Positions 10,449 to 20,443 of a DNA stretch of 64,000 nucleotides are shown here, piece by piece. The translations under genes were made by a program, and so were the position numbers. Under the pieces are notes generated by a model. It made no database searches, was not told the origin of the DNA, and was given only the letters and a program-made list of their open reading frames with translations. Where the stretch lies: assembly GCA_902610905.1 (NCBI GenBank), contig CACLXS010000001.1, positions 6,079 to 70,078 on the forward strand, in the 5' to 3' direction. Positions within the stretch are counted from its first letter, which is position 1, and the number at the start of each line of letters is the position of its first letter. The stretch comes from an uncultured SAR86 cluster bacterium. Its GTDB lineage: Bacteria; Pseudomonadota; Gammaproteobacteria; Magnimaribacterales; D2472.

Positions 10449-11539
10449 TACTTATTTCTGGCTTCAATAAAAGAATCTTCAGAGATTTTATGATATTCGG
10501 TAACATTGTCTTTAAATTCAATGTAAGAATCATAGACTTTACCAATTACCTCATCTTCTTTAGCTAGATCGCTCAGTATTTCATTGGAAATAACTCTAAA
10601 TTCCTCGATAACATCATCTGGCAATTTTCTTAGCTCAACGCCATGAACCTCAATCAGCTCAGTTAGAGCTTGATTGTTTCTTGCTAAATACTCATCTAGA
10701 GTATCTTGATTTACTGCTTTGGTTGCTGTCTCGATTATTACTTGAAGGTGTTTTGGCAGACTGTTCCAAGCATCCATATTAATTAATAGCTCTAACATCG
10801 GTCCTGGTTCATGCCAGCCAGGATAATAGTAATATTTTGCAGCTTGATGAAAACCAAAAGTAAGATCATTGTAAGGTCCAACCCATTCTGTAGCATCAAT
10901 TACGCCTGTTTGAAGCGCTGTAAATAATTCGCCCCCAGGAAGAGTAACTGGAATTCCGCCTGCTTCTTTTAAAACTTCTCCTCCAATTCCTGGAATACGC
11001 ATTTTAAGACCCTTAACGTCCTCTAATGAATTGATTTCTTTGTTAAACCAACCAAACATTTGGGTTCCTGTATTTCCAGCAGGAATAGGGTAAATGTTAA
11101 AAGGCTCGTATATTTCTCTCCATAGTTCTAAGCCGCCGCCTCTGTTTACCCATGCATTAATTTCATCTGCTGTTAATCCAAAAGGAACGCTAGTAAAAAA
11201 CTGTGCAGCAGGAACTTTTCCCTTCCAAAAATATCCTCCGCTATGGCCCATTTGATGTGATCCGCTCGAAACAGCATCAAAAACTCCAAAAGCAGGAACC
11301 TGTTCACCTGCACCATATACAGTTATCTGCATTTGGCCATCACTCATCTCTTTAACTAAATCAGCTATTCTCTCTGGAGCCATTCCAAGACCTGGATAAT
11401 TTTTTGGCCAAGATGTAACAAGCCTCCACTTGTAGGTCTTATAATCCACAGCATTGATTGAATTAGATGCTTCTTGACCGCCGGAACAACCAGCAATTAT
11501 TCCAATCAAAAAAACAAACATAAAAATTTTTTTCATCAT
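10448..11539 (-). CDS. TRAP transporter periplasmic solute-binding lipoprotein (DctP-related, COG4663-like)
   Basis: MMKKIFMFVFLIGIIAGCSG lipobox; WRLVTSWPKNYPGLG block typical of this SBP subfamily. The start ATGATGA overlaps the uvrD stop. Confidence 0.8.
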   Translation of the reverse strand: MMKKIFMFVFLIGIIAGCSGGQEASNSINAVDYKTYKWRLVTSWPKNYPGLGMAPERIADLVKEMSDGQMQITVYGAGEQVPAFGVFDAVSSGSHQMGHSGGYFWKGKVPAAQFFTSVPFGLTADEINAWVNRGGGLELWREIYEPFNIYPIPAGNTGTQMFGWFNKEINSLEDVKGLKMRIPGIGGEVLKEAGGIPVTLPGGELFTALQTGVIDATEWVGPYNDLTFGFHQAAKYYYYPGWHEPGPMLELLINMDAWNSLPKHLQVIIETATKAVNQDTLDEYLARNNQALTELIEVHGVELRKLPDDVIEEFRVISNEILSDLAKEDEVIGKVYDSYIEFKDNVTEYHKISEDSFIEARNK

Positions 11540-13710
11540 AGTTTCTCTAAATTTGCATAGGCCATAACTAACCACTTTGTTCCTGCTTGATCAAAATTAA
11601 TTTGGACTCTGGCAGCTTCACCTGAGCCTTCATAATTTAGAACCACGCCTTCACCAAAAGATTTATGCATAACTCTTTGTCCAAGTGATATGCCAATCTC
11701 ATCCTCAAACTCAAGCTTAGTTTCTTTAAAGTCTTTCCTATTATAAGGTATGTGTGTCTGTGCTCTCGGTCTAATTTCATTAATAAGCTCTTTGGGAATT
11801 TCTTTAATAAATCTTGACGGTGGATTAAAAGTATCAGAACCATGCAATCTTCTTGATTCTGCATGAGTTATATAAAGTTTTTCCATGGCTCTAGTAATAC
11901 CAACATAACAAAGCCTTCTCTCTTCTTGCAGCTGTCCTGGATTTTCCATTGATCGCCCATGAGGAAATAAAGTTTCTTCAAGGCCGGTCATTAAAACCAA
12001 TTTAAACTCTAGTCCCTTCGCTGAATGCAGTGTCATAAGTTGAGCAGCATCATCATGCTCTGAAGCCTGTCTATCTCCAGAATCAAGAGAGATCATATCT
12101 AGATAATCTTCAGCAATTTCAATATTTGTTTTGTCTTCTCTAATACTTTGCTCAAAGTTTGTAGTTGCAGAAACTAGTTCTTCTAGATTCTCTACTCTTG
12201 TCTTACCTTTTTCACCTGGTTCTTTTGCATGATAGGCAACTAATCCTGAAGTTTTAATTATTTCTTCCATTAAATCTGAAAGAGAATTCTCTTCTATAAA
12301 TTCTTTGCATCGGGCAATGAACTCTAAATAAGATTTCAGGCCTGTTCCGCCTCTACCAGATATTGCGCCCTCATCAATTAGTTTGGCTGATGCTTTTATA
12401 TATGAAATATTATATTTAGTGGCCGTAGAACGAATCTTTGCTAAAGTTTTTTCCCCAACGCCTCTTGTGGGATTTGATATTGATCTCTCAAATGCAGGAT
12501 TATCAGAGTTATTGAAGATAATTTTTAGATAAGCAATAGCATTTTTGATTTCCATTCTTTCATAGAACCTTTGGCCACCATATATTCTGTAAGGGATACT
12601 TGATCTTAGCAGAGCCTCTTCAAGGGCTCTTGATTGAGCATTAGATCTATACAAGACAGCAGCATCAGAATACATTTCTCCTTTACTCATCCAGTCTTTT
12701 AAAATGTCAGCAACAAACCTAGCCTCATCCTGCTCATTGAATGCCTGGTATAAAATAATTTGTTCACCTTCAAGCTTGTCGGTCCAAAGATTTTTACCGA
12801 GCCTATCAGTGTTGTTTTCAATTAAAGCGTTTGCTGCACCCAAAATAATATTTGTAGATCTGTAATTTTGTTCTAATCTTATGATCTCTGCTGTATCAAA
12901 AGTTTTTGTGAATGATTCTACATTTTCAACTTTAGCGCCACGCCATCCATAAATGGATTGGTCATCATCTCCGACTGCTGTTATTGATGCTTTTTCAGAA
13001 GCTATCTCAAGAAGCCAGTTATATTGAATAGTATTAGTATCTTGAAACTCGTCCACTAATATTGATTTAAATCTAGAGTGAAAGAAAGCTTTCACAGATT
13101 CATTATCACGAATTACCTCATATGATTTCAGTAATAATTCACCAAAATCAACAAGATTATCTCTCAAGCATGTTTTCTCATATTCTTTATATATCTTGTT
13201 AAGATTTTCTTTAAAATAATCACCCCTATCATCTACAGAACTGCTTCTATGACCCTCATCTTTCCATGCATTTATCTGCCATTGACTTTGACGAGATGGC
13301 CAGACAGATTCATCTAAACCTGCCTCTTTGGAGATTCTTTTTATAATTCTTAGTTGATCATCTGCATCTAAAATTGTGAACCCGCTGCTTAATCCAGCTT
13401 CTTTATGAAATCTTTTAAGCATCCTATGAGCTAATCCATGAAAAGTACCAACCCATCCATCCATCATTGGGGCTTCTAACAATTCTTCAATTCTAGATCT
13501 CATTTCAAGAGCAGCCTTATTTGTAAAAGTTACTGCCATAATAGAGGCAGGGTTCATTTTTAGTGCTTCAACTTCCCATGCAATTTTGTGAACCAGTACT
13601 CTTGTTTTTCCTGACCCTGCTCCAGCTAATACCATTAGATGCTGTTTTTCAGACGTAACTGCTGCGCGCTGTTGATCATTAAGATGTTCTAAAATGTGTG
13701 ATACGTCCAT
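11536..13710 (-). CDS. uvrD: DNA helicase II (UvrD/Rep superfamily 1)
   Basis: AGAGSGKTRVL Walker A, VDEFQDTN, LEQNYRS, MTLHSAKGLEF and CYVGITRA motifs; 724 aa. Confidence 0.93.
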   Translation of the reverse strand: MDVSHILEHLNDQQRAAVTSEKQHLMVLAGAGSGKTRVLVHKIAWEVEALKMNPASIMAVTFTNKAALEMRSRIEELLEAPMMDGWVGTFHGLAHRMLKRFHKEAGLSSGFTILDADDQLRIIKRISKEAGLDESVWPSRQSQWQINAWKDEGHRSSSVDDRGDYFKENLNKIYKEYEKTCLRDNLVDFGELLLKSYEVIRDNESVKAFFHSRFKSILVDEFQDTNTIQYNWLLEIASEKASITAVGDDDQSIYGWRGAKVENVESFTKTFDTAEIIRLEQNYRSTNIILGAANALIENNTDRLGKNLWTDKLEGEQIILYQAFNEQDEARFVADILKDWMSKGEMYSDAAVLYRSNAQSRALEEALLRSSIPYRIYGGQRFYERMEIKNAIAYLKIIFNNSDNPAFERSISNPTRGVGEKTLAKIRSTATKYNISYIKASAKLIDEGAISGRGGTGLKSYLEFIARCKEFIEENSLSDLMEEIIKTSGLVAYHAKEPGEKGKTRVENLEELVSATTNFEQSIREDKTNIEIAEDYLDMISLDSGDRQASEHDDAAQLMTLHSAKGLEFKLVLMTGLEETLFPHGRSMENPGQLQEERRLCYVGITRAMEKLYITHAESRRLHGSDTFNPPSRFIKEIPKELINEIRPRAQTHIPYNRKDFKETKLEFEDEIGISLGQRVMHKSFGEGVVLNYEGSGEAARVQINFDQAGTKWLVMAYANLEKL

Positions 13711-13752
13711 TTAGGGATTCATTTTTTTGCTTAAGAGAGATATTCTAACCTT

Positions 13753-14595
13753 ATGCCGACAAAATTATTGAGACAAATTAAAAATACTCTACCGGAATTA
13801 AGAAAATCTGAAAAATTGGTTGCAGATTTTGTTTTAAAAGATCCAAAATCAGTTATTACCATGAAAACTGCAGAAGCGTCTTCCGCTATAGGCATAAGTG
13901 AGCCAACTTTAATAAGATTTTGTAAAGCTCTGGGCTTTTCCGGTTATCAAGAATTTAAAATTAATTTATCTCAACAATTAGCAGCTGACGATTATTTTGT
14001 GATGTATGAGATCGAAGAGGATGATAGTATTCATGAGCTTTGTGAGAAAGTCTTTGATACAACAATCAGTGAAATATTAAACGTCAGGTCACAAATTAAC
14101 CAAGGTGTTCTTGAATCTGCAATAGAGGCATTAGCTAATGCTAAACGAGTGGAGGTTTATGCCTTTGGCGGCTCTGCACCAGTAGCTATGGATGCACAAC
14201 ATAAATTTTTTAGGTTAAAGATTTCATCATCATTTATTTCAGATCCGCATATACAATTAATGTCAGCAAACTCACTGTCAAAAGATGATGTTGTTTTAGC
14301 TATCTCACAATCTGGAACTACTTCAGCCTTAATTGACAGTGTTAAAATAGTTCGAAAATCAGGTGTGAAAGTTATAGGAATCATGCCTGAAAATTCGCCG
14401 CTTGCTCATATTTGTGACTATCCAATTAGCATAAATATTGGAGATAATTACAGAATTACTAAACCTCATACTTCAAGGATTGCTTATACTGCTGTTATTG
14501 ATGTAATGACAATGGGGATAGCTCAATTAAAACCTGAGGCACAAGAGCATTTATATAATATTGTAGATAGTCAAAGATCATTAAAGATTAAATAA
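13753..14595 (+). CDS. RpiR/HexR family transcriptional regulator (HTH + SIS domain)
   Basis: N-terminal HTH_6-like region (SAIGISEPTLIRFCKALGFSGYQEFK) and SIS domain (AISQSGTT). Confidence 0.85.
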   Translation: MPTKLLRQIKNTLPELRKSEKLVADFVLKDPKSVITMKTAEASSAIGISEPTLIRFCKALGFSGYQEFKINLSQQLAADDYFVMYEIEEDDSIHELCEKVFDTTISEILNVRSQINQGVLESAIEALANAKRVEVYAFGGSAPVAMDAQHKFFRLKISSSFISDPHIQLMSANSLSKDDVVLAISQSGTTSALIDSVKIVRKSGVKVIGIMPENSPLAHICDYPISINIGDNYRITKPHTSRIAYTAVIDVMTMGIAQLKPEAQEHLYNIVDSQRSLKIK

Positions 14596-14615
14596 AATTT
14601 ATAGAGGAGTTATTT

Positions 14616-15032
14616 ATGAGCCAAGAAGTTAAAGATTTTTTTACAACCTATAGCGACTTTGTAACAAAAGTCACTAGTGAACCAAGTCTTGATATAGAAG
14701 CGCTCAAGAAAAGCATGGATGACATTGAATCAATTTCTGATGTAAAAATACCAAGATTGCTTACAGCTGCTCTTGGTCTTGGTAGTGAATCAGGCGAATT
14801 TGTTGAAATAGTAAAAAAAATGATTCTTCAGGGAAAGCCGGCTTCAGAAGAAAACATCTTTCATATGAAAAGAGAGCTTGGGGATATTATGTGGTATTGG
14901 ACAACTGCTTGTGCCTCTCTAGGATTAGATCCATATGAAGTGATTAGTGAAAATCAAAAGAAGCTTGAAGCTAGGTATGGCGAAAAGTTTGAGGTACAAA
15001 GCAGTGAAGTTAGAAAAGAGGGAGACTTGTAA
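14616..15032 (+). CDS. MazG-like nucleotide pyrophosphohydrolase domain protein (single-domain, 138 aa)
   Basis: GLGSESGEFVE and ELGDIMWYW EExxE/D-type MazG motifs. GAGGAG RBS at about 14606. Confidence 0.75.
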   Translation: MSQEVKDFFTTYSDFVTKVTSEPSLDIEALKKSMDDIESISDVKIPRLLTAALGLGSESGEFVEIVKKMILQGKPASEENIFHMKRELGDIMWYWTTACASLGLDPYEVISENQKKLEARYGEKFEVQSSEVRKEGDL

Positions 15033-15039
15033 ATCTTGC

Positions 15040-15189
15040 ATGACAAACAAATCAAAAGATCATAAAGATATTTCTCCATCAGCAACTGAGGATTGTGCCG
15101 ATGTGACTTCAAGATATGAGCGATATAAAAAACAAAATAAAAAAACTCAGTTCCCACCTATTAAATATGAAAAACCGCCCCACCATTAA
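15040..15189 (+). CDS. Hypothetical 49-aa basic protein
   Basis: The ATG at 15040 lies within a longer frame. Its TAA directly abuts the ATG of the next gene (TAAATG). No homology recognised. Confidence 0.25.
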   Translation: MTNKSKDHKDISPSATEDCADVTSRYERYKKQNKKTQFPPIKYEKPPHH

Positions 15190-15558
15190 ATGATTATTTT
15201 TTTGGCGTTCGCATATGTTCTTTCTGCTTTTGTATATTTTTACTCAAATAAAGCTGGTTATAGTTTTCTTAGATATATCTTGAAAAGAAAAAATATAAAT
15301 ATTTATCTTTCATTAGAAATCTTCTATTTAATTCTTACTTCATTTATTGTTTTTTCAAGCAATCCTTTAAACTGGATTGTTGCAATTTTAATGTTTTTGC
15401 ATCTTTTAGGCATTGCATGGATTGTAGCCAGTCCTGATAGTTTTTATAGTAATGCAGAAGAGTCTATTGGCATGGACAATATTATGTTTGAGAATATGGT
15501 TGTAATTACTTTCTTGATATATGCAGGATTGGCATTGTTTTCAAGAGTATTATTTTAA
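15190..15558 (+). CDS. Hypothetical membrane protein (about 4 TM, 122 aa)
   Basis: ORF with hydrophobic segments only. Confidence 0.45.
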   Translation: MIIFLAFAYVLSAFVYFYSNKAGYSFLRYILKRKNINIYLSLEIFYLILTSFIVFSSNPLNWIVAILMFLHLLGIAWIVASPDSFYSNAEESIGMDNIMFENMVVITFLIYAGLALFSRVLF

Positions 15559-15562
15559 TCCA

Positions 15563-15757
15563 CTAATTATTTTTGTTTTCTTCTTCTTGATATTTTTTTA
15601 AGTCTTCCCAATCGTGTGGGGTTCCAGCATTAAGATTGATAACTGATTTTTTTGCCCTGAATAGGCTCTGTGTTCTTAATTTGCTTTTGTCTTCTTCTTT
15701 GCCAAATAATTTATTCCAGCCTTCTTTAAAATGCTCTCGTAAATTTCTTTTGGTCAT
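15563..15757 (-). CDS. Hypothetical small charged protein (64 aa)
   Basis: ORF lying 9 nt downstream of the preceding small gene. No motif recognised. Confidence 0.35.
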   Translation of the reverse strand: MTKRNLREHFKEGWNKLFGKEEDKSKLRTQSLFRAKKSVINLNAGTPHDWEDLKKYQEEENKNN

Positions 15758-15766
15758 ATATTGTTT

Positions 15767-15940
15767 TTAAACTATATATTCTTCTCTGTCTTTTTTTGCA
15801 GTTCTTTTAATTCCTGACTTTGTAATATACTCATCAGTAATACCTTTTGAGCCGCCCTGGCCTTCTTTGCAAACATGCATCATGTTAACGACTGCTCCCC
15901 CAGCAAGTGCGCCTATTAAAATTAATATTATTGTCTCCAT
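15767..15940 (-). CDS. Hypothetical small membrane protein (57 aa from ATG 15940)
   Basis: GGAGGAGAA RBS immediately upstream of ATG 15940; one TM (IILILIGALAGGAVV). Follows the NMO gene closely. Confidence 0.45.
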   Translation of the reverse strand: METIILILIGALAGGAVVNMMHVCKEGQGGSKGITDEYITKSGIKRTAKKDREEYIV

Positions 15941-15957
15941 TTCTCCTCCAAACAATA

Positions 15958-16923
15958 TTATTTTTTGTTAAATTCTAGTTTTGCTTGATTATACTCTTCC
16001 TTGAGTCTAGTTACTAAATCTTTAACACTTGGATCATCTTTTATACCTCCAATCCCTTGACCTGACCCCCAAATATCTTTCCAAGCTTTTGCATCAGTAT
16101 TACCGCCTGAGCCAAAATTCATCGTTGATTTATCTGCATCGGGCAAATTATCAGGATCTAAACCAGCATTTTTAATTGATGGTTTTAAATAATTACCAGA
16201 AACACCGGTAAATAAACTTGAATAAACAATATCATCAGCTGCGCTATCAATCAGCATTTGTTTATACCCTTGGTCAGCATTAGCTTCTTTTGTTGCAATA
16301 AATCTTGTTCCCATATAAGCAAAGTCAGCTCCTAGTGCTAATGATGATGCTATGGAATAACCATCACCAATTGACCCGGACAAAATAACTGTGCCATCAA
16401 ACCACTCTTTAACCTCTCTCAATAGTGCGAATGGCGAAAGAGCACCAGCATGGCCTCCAGCGCCAGCACAAACTAGTATCAAACCATCAACACCTTGTTC
16501 AGCGGCTTTTTTTGCGTGCCTTACATTAATAACATCATGATAAACTAACCCGCCATAACTATGAGCTGCCTGAACTAATTCTTCAGGAGGTCTTAAAGAG
16601 GTAATAATAATCGGGACTTCTTGTTTTACACATGTAGCCATATCATCCATTAATCTATCGTTAGAGGCATGACATATTTGATTTACAGCAAATGGTGCAA
16701 CTTTTGCGTCTGGATTTTGTTCTTTGTACTCAGCAAGTTCTTTTTTTATTCTAATTATCCACTCTTCAAGCACGTGCTGCGGTCTAGCATTCAAAGCTGG
16801 GAAAGAGCCTATTATACCTGCTTTACATTGAGCAATAACAAGCTCTGGACCTGAAACTAGAAACAAAGGAGATCCAATAACTGGAATAGATAAATTTTCC
16901 TGTATGTGTTTAGGTATTGCCAT
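15958..16923 (-). CDS. Nitronate monooxygenase / NAD(P)H-dependent flavin oxidoreductase (NMO/FabK-like)
   Basis: LVCAGAGGHAG and YMGTRF motifs; 321 aa. Confidence 0.85.
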   Translation of the reverse strand: MAIPKHIQENLSIPVIGSPLFLVSGPELVIAQCKAGIIGSFPALNARPQHVLEEWIIRIKKELAEYKEQNPDAKVAPFAVNQICHASNDRLMDDMATCVKQEVPIIITSLRPPEELVQAAHSYGGLVYHDVINVRHAKKAAEQGVDGLILVCAGAGGHAGALSPFALLREVKEWFDGTVILSGSIGDGYSIASSLALGADFAYMGTRFIATKEANADQGYKQMLIDSAADDIVYSSLFTGVSGNYLKPSIKNAGLDPDNLPDADKSTMNFGSGGNTDAKAWKDIWGSGQGIGGIKDDPSVKDLVTRLKEEYNQAKLEFNKK

Positions 16924-17075
16924 TTTTACTCCATTTTTAATAGTCTAAATTTTATTATTAATTTGATAATTAAGATAGATTTTTATTCTTTTGCATATTT
17001 TATATATTTTTTGTAAAAACTGATTAATTAAGAGTTTTAAGACTATAATGCCTGCTTTTTAAAAAGACTCACTTC

Positions 17076-18866
17076 ATGGATATAAATAAGTTAAGAAATA
17101 TTGCAATCATTGCCCATGTTGATCATGGCAAAACAACTCTTGTTGATAGGCTTTTACAACAATCAGGCACATTGGATAGAAAGAATATGGATTCTGAGAG
17201 AATTATGGATTCCAATGAACAAGAAAAAGAGAGAGGTATCACAATTACAGCAAAAAATACCTCTATAAATTGGAATGATCATTTAATAAATATTGTTGAT
17301 ACTCCAGGACATGCTGATTTTGGAGGAGAGGTTGAAAGAGCTCTTTCTATGGTTGATTCAGTATTGCTGCTTGTTGACGCAGTCGACGGTCCTATGCCCC
17401 AAACACGATTTGTGACACAAAAGGCTTTTGAAAAAGGATTAAAGCCTTTAGTAGTTATAAATAAAATTGATAGGCCAGATGCAAGGCCTGACTGGGTGTT
17501 AGATCAAGTTTTTGATCTATTTGATCGTCTTGGTGGAACTGATGAACAATTAGATTTTCCAGTTATTTATACCTCTGCAATTGAAGGGATTTCTGGTCTT
17601 GAGTCTGATCAAATGACTAGCGATATGAAACCATTAATTGAAATGATAATTGAAAAGGTTCCTGCACCAGAAGTTGTAAAAAATGCTCCTCTTCAATTAC
17701 AAATAAGTGCATTAGATAGCAATAGTTATGTTGGTGTAATAGGTATTGGAAGAATAAAACAAGGCTCAGCAAAACCAAATGATCAGGTATCTATTATTAA
17801 TAGGGATGGCGAAATAAGAAAAGGTAAAATTCTTCAAGTAATGGGATATATTGGTCTTGATAGGGTTGAAGTAACAAAAGCTGAAGCTGGTTCAATAGTC
17901 TGCATTACTGGTATCGATAAGCTCAATATTTCTGACACGATTTGTGATCCCATGAACGTTCAGTCACTACCTCCTCTTTCTGTTGATGAACCAACAGTAA
18001 GTATGACTTTTCAAGTAAATGATTCCCCTTTTGCAGGCCGTGAAGGTAAATTTGTTACGTCTAGAAACATAAAAGAAAGATTAGAAAAAGAGTTAATCTC
18101 AAATGTTGCACTAAGAGTTGCTCAAGGAGATAGTCCAGATAAGTTTATTGTGTCTGGTCGAGGTGAACTCCATTTATCAGTATTGATTGAAACTATGCGA
18201 AGAGAAGGTTTTGAGTTAGCTATATCTAAACCACAGGTGGTTCAAAAGAATGTTGGAGATGAGATACATGAGCCGTTTGAACAAATTGTTATTGATGTTG
18301 AAGATATACATCAGGGATCTGTAATAGAAGAACTTGGCCCAAGAAAAGCAGAGCTAAAAAAAATGGAACCAGACGGCAAAGGAAGAGTAAAGTTAGAGTT
18401 TATAGCACCTTCAAGGGGCATTATAGGCTTCAGGTCACATTTTTTAACAATTACTAGCGGCACTGGGATTATGACAAGCGTATTTGATCATTATGGACCA
18501 GTAAAAACTGGTGAAATTGCAAAAAGAACTAATGGTGTTATGTATGCTATGACAGCAGGAAAGACTTTAGCTTATGCTTTATTCAATCTACAAAATCGAG
18601 GGAAGCTATTTCTTGGTCATGGTCAAGAAGTTTATGTGGGTCAAATTGTAGGCTTACACTCAAGAGACAATGATTTGCCAGTCAATCCTACAAAAGCAAA
18701 ACAATTAACTAACATAAGGGCTGCTGGAACAGATGAAAATTTAATTCTAGTTCCTCATATAAAACATACTTTAGAGCAAGCTTTAGAGTTTATAGAAGAT
18801 GATGAGTTGGTAGAGGTTACTCCTGAATCTATTAGATTGCGAAAAAAGGGAAAAGTAAGAACCTGA
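17076..18866 (+). CDS. typA: Translational GTPase TypA/BipA
   Basis: [18 protein letters not shown] and NKID G-motifs; 596 aa with EF-G-like domains. Confidence 0.95.
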   Translation: MDINKLRNIAIIAHVDHGKTTLVDRLLQQSGTLDRKNMDSERIMDSNEQEKERGITITAKNTSINWNDHLINIVDTPGHADFGGEVERALSMVDSVLLLVDAVDGPMPQTRFVTQKAFEKGLKPLVVINKIDRPDARPDWVLDQVFDLFDRLGGTDEQLDFPVIYTSAIEGISGLESDQMTSDMKPLIEMIIEKVPAPEVVKNAPLQLQISALDSNSYVGVIGIGRIKQGSAKPNDQVSIINRDGEIRKGKILQVMGYIGLDRVEVTKAEAGSIVCITGIDKLNISDTICDPMNVQSLPPLSVDEPTVSMTFQVNDSPFAGREGKFVTSRNIKERLEKELISNVALRVAQGDSPDKFIVSGRGELHLSVLIETMRREGFELAISKPQVVQKNVGDEIHEPFEQIVIDVEDIHQGSVIEELGPRKAELKKMEPDGKGRVKLEFIAPSRGIIGFRSHFLTITSGTGIMTSVFDHYGPVKTGEIAKRTNGVMYAMTAGKTLAYALFNLQNRGKLFLGHGQEVYVGQIVGLHSRDNDLPVNPTKAKQLTNIRAAGTDENLILVPHIKHTLEQALEFIEDDELVEVTPESIRLRKKGKVRT

Positions 18867-18918
18867 AAAATTAATCAATTAAGATTATATACGCTTATAA
18901 ACTTCTTACTTAATTTAA

Positions 18919-19125
18919 TTAGATAGAACAAGACATATCATTACCACAACATAGTGGTGATTTTATCTTTCCGTTAAAATTTAAACACTCTACTTGTTTG
19001 CATTGAGATATCCTAACTTGAGAGCCATCATCCAAATCTAATAAACCATCCTGTAACGGATTATCACATTCACCACATGAAGTTTTGACTGACATTCCAC
19101 ACTCATTACATTTATAAATTGACAT
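18919..19125 (-). CDS. Cysteine-rich small protein (68 aa, 11 Cys; zinc-ribbon-like CxxC..CxxC N-terminus)
   Basis: CNEC-x8-CGEC followed by C..C..CC..C.C. ORF only; family not recognised. Confidence 0.5.
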   Translation of the reverse strand: MSIYKCNECGMSVKTSCGECDNPLQDGLLDLDDGSQVRISQCKQVECLNFNGKIKSPLCCGNDMSCSI

Positions 19126-19209
19126 TAATCAAGACTAATCATTTTTAGGTTTACTGTAAAGGCTATATTAGAAATTTATTAACTATTAAACTTCTGATAA
19201 CATGATTTT

Positions 19210-19899
19210 ATGAAAAATCTGTTTACAATACTTTTGTTTTCTTTTTCATTAAATGCTTTAGTTGAAGATGATACTTCAAGAGAAGAAAACTATTACAAAT
19301 ACAACTATCTAGGTATTGATGCCATTAGTACAGAGAATACTGAAATAGGAGTAAGAATGTCTTTATCTCTTCCAGGGCCCTTGTATCTTATTCTTGAAAG
19401 AAAAACAGAAGGTGTTAATGAAGAGATAAATGACTATGAAAGAATTATTGATGGTATTAGGCTTGGAGTTCATGCAGGAATAGGTGATATCTTTAGTAGC
19501 ATGTCAGCAAGTGGTATCAGTTTAGAAATCAAAAATATATTTGACGTATATACTGAGTTCGGAATTAAAAATGTTGAGTTTGACGATAAAGATAATTCAT
19601 TTTTAGAAGATGAAGCTCAAGCTAATCTGATTGCGGGCATAAGATTCGGTAACAGTAATGGATGGGAAGGTAAATTTTTTGTTGACTACTCAAAAGATTT
19701 TAATGTCGTTCAAAAAGAATGTCCTTCAGAGGCAGTATGCCCTGCAGTTGTTGAATTTGAACTTGAGGAAAAATCTGATCAAAGGCTTGGCGCCGGTGTC
19801 TTGTATAACATTAATAAATATAGTGCTGTAACACTTGAAATATCTTCAAGTAAAATCTTAGATAATAATTTTAAGCTTGGCTATCAAATCAACTTTTAA
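19210..19899 (+). CDS. Putative outer-membrane beta-barrel protein
   Basis: Signal peptide (MKNLFTILLFSFSLNA), alternating beta-strand-like pattern and C-terminal ...GYQINF aromatic terminus. Confidence 0.5.
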   Translation: MKNLFTILLFSFSLNALVEDDTSREENYYKYNYLGIDAISTENTEIGVRMSLSLPGPLYLILERKTEGVNEEINDYERIIDGIRLGVHAGIGDIFSSMSASGISLEIKNIFDVYTEFGIKNVEFDDKDNSFLEDEAQANLIAGIRFGNSNGWEGKFFVDYSKDFNVVQKECPSEAVCPAVVEFELEEKSDQRLGAGVLYNINKYSAVTLEISSSKILDNNFKLGYQINF

Positions 19900-20402
19900 T
19901 TTTTTCTTAGATAAGTAACGGAGTGAGTCTTAAATGAACAATCTCCCACCCGCTGAAACCCCAGCGAGGAATGAAAGCCTAAAGATATTTTATTTTCTGG
20001 TCTTGTATTAACTTCACAGCAAACTGGGATATTCTCTTTTTTTATAGTTTTAAATATATGTTGATATACATATTTTCCAATTCCTTTATTTCTCTTGCCC
20101 TGCTTTACTACAACTCTATCTATATATAAGAACTCTCTTTCTAGTTCAGAGAAAAATTTATAATTTAAAGATTTATATTTCGTTTTTTCTCTAAGACAGA
20201 TGATAAAACCAATAATTTCATCTTTTATAGAAAAATATAAAGCATTTGAGCTCATATCAATTAAATCTTGAAGCATATTTATAGATGACAAACTTCCTAC
20301 TTCAGGAGTGTTTTTTTGATTAAGTTTATAAAGACTTTCAATCAAGTCCGGTATTAAAGACTGCTTGATATCTAATATTTTAACTTCATTGCTTAGGCGC
20401 AC
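19896..20402 (-). CDS. GNAT family N-acetyltransferase
   Basis: VVVKQGKRNKGIGKYVY acetyl-CoA binding motif (Q/RxxGxG); GTG start. Confidence 0.75.
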   Translation of the reverse strand: MRLSNEVKILDIKQSLIPDLIESLYKLNQKNTPEVGSLSSINMLQDLIDMSSNALYFSIKDEIIGFIICLREKTKYKSLNYKFFSELEREFLYIDRVVVKQGKRNKGIGKYVYQHIFKTIKKENIPVCCEVNTRPENKISLGFHSSLGFQRVGDCSFKTHSVTYLRKN

Positions 20403-20443
20403 AATATATTAAATAATTGATCATTAAATTTTAATTTATAACT

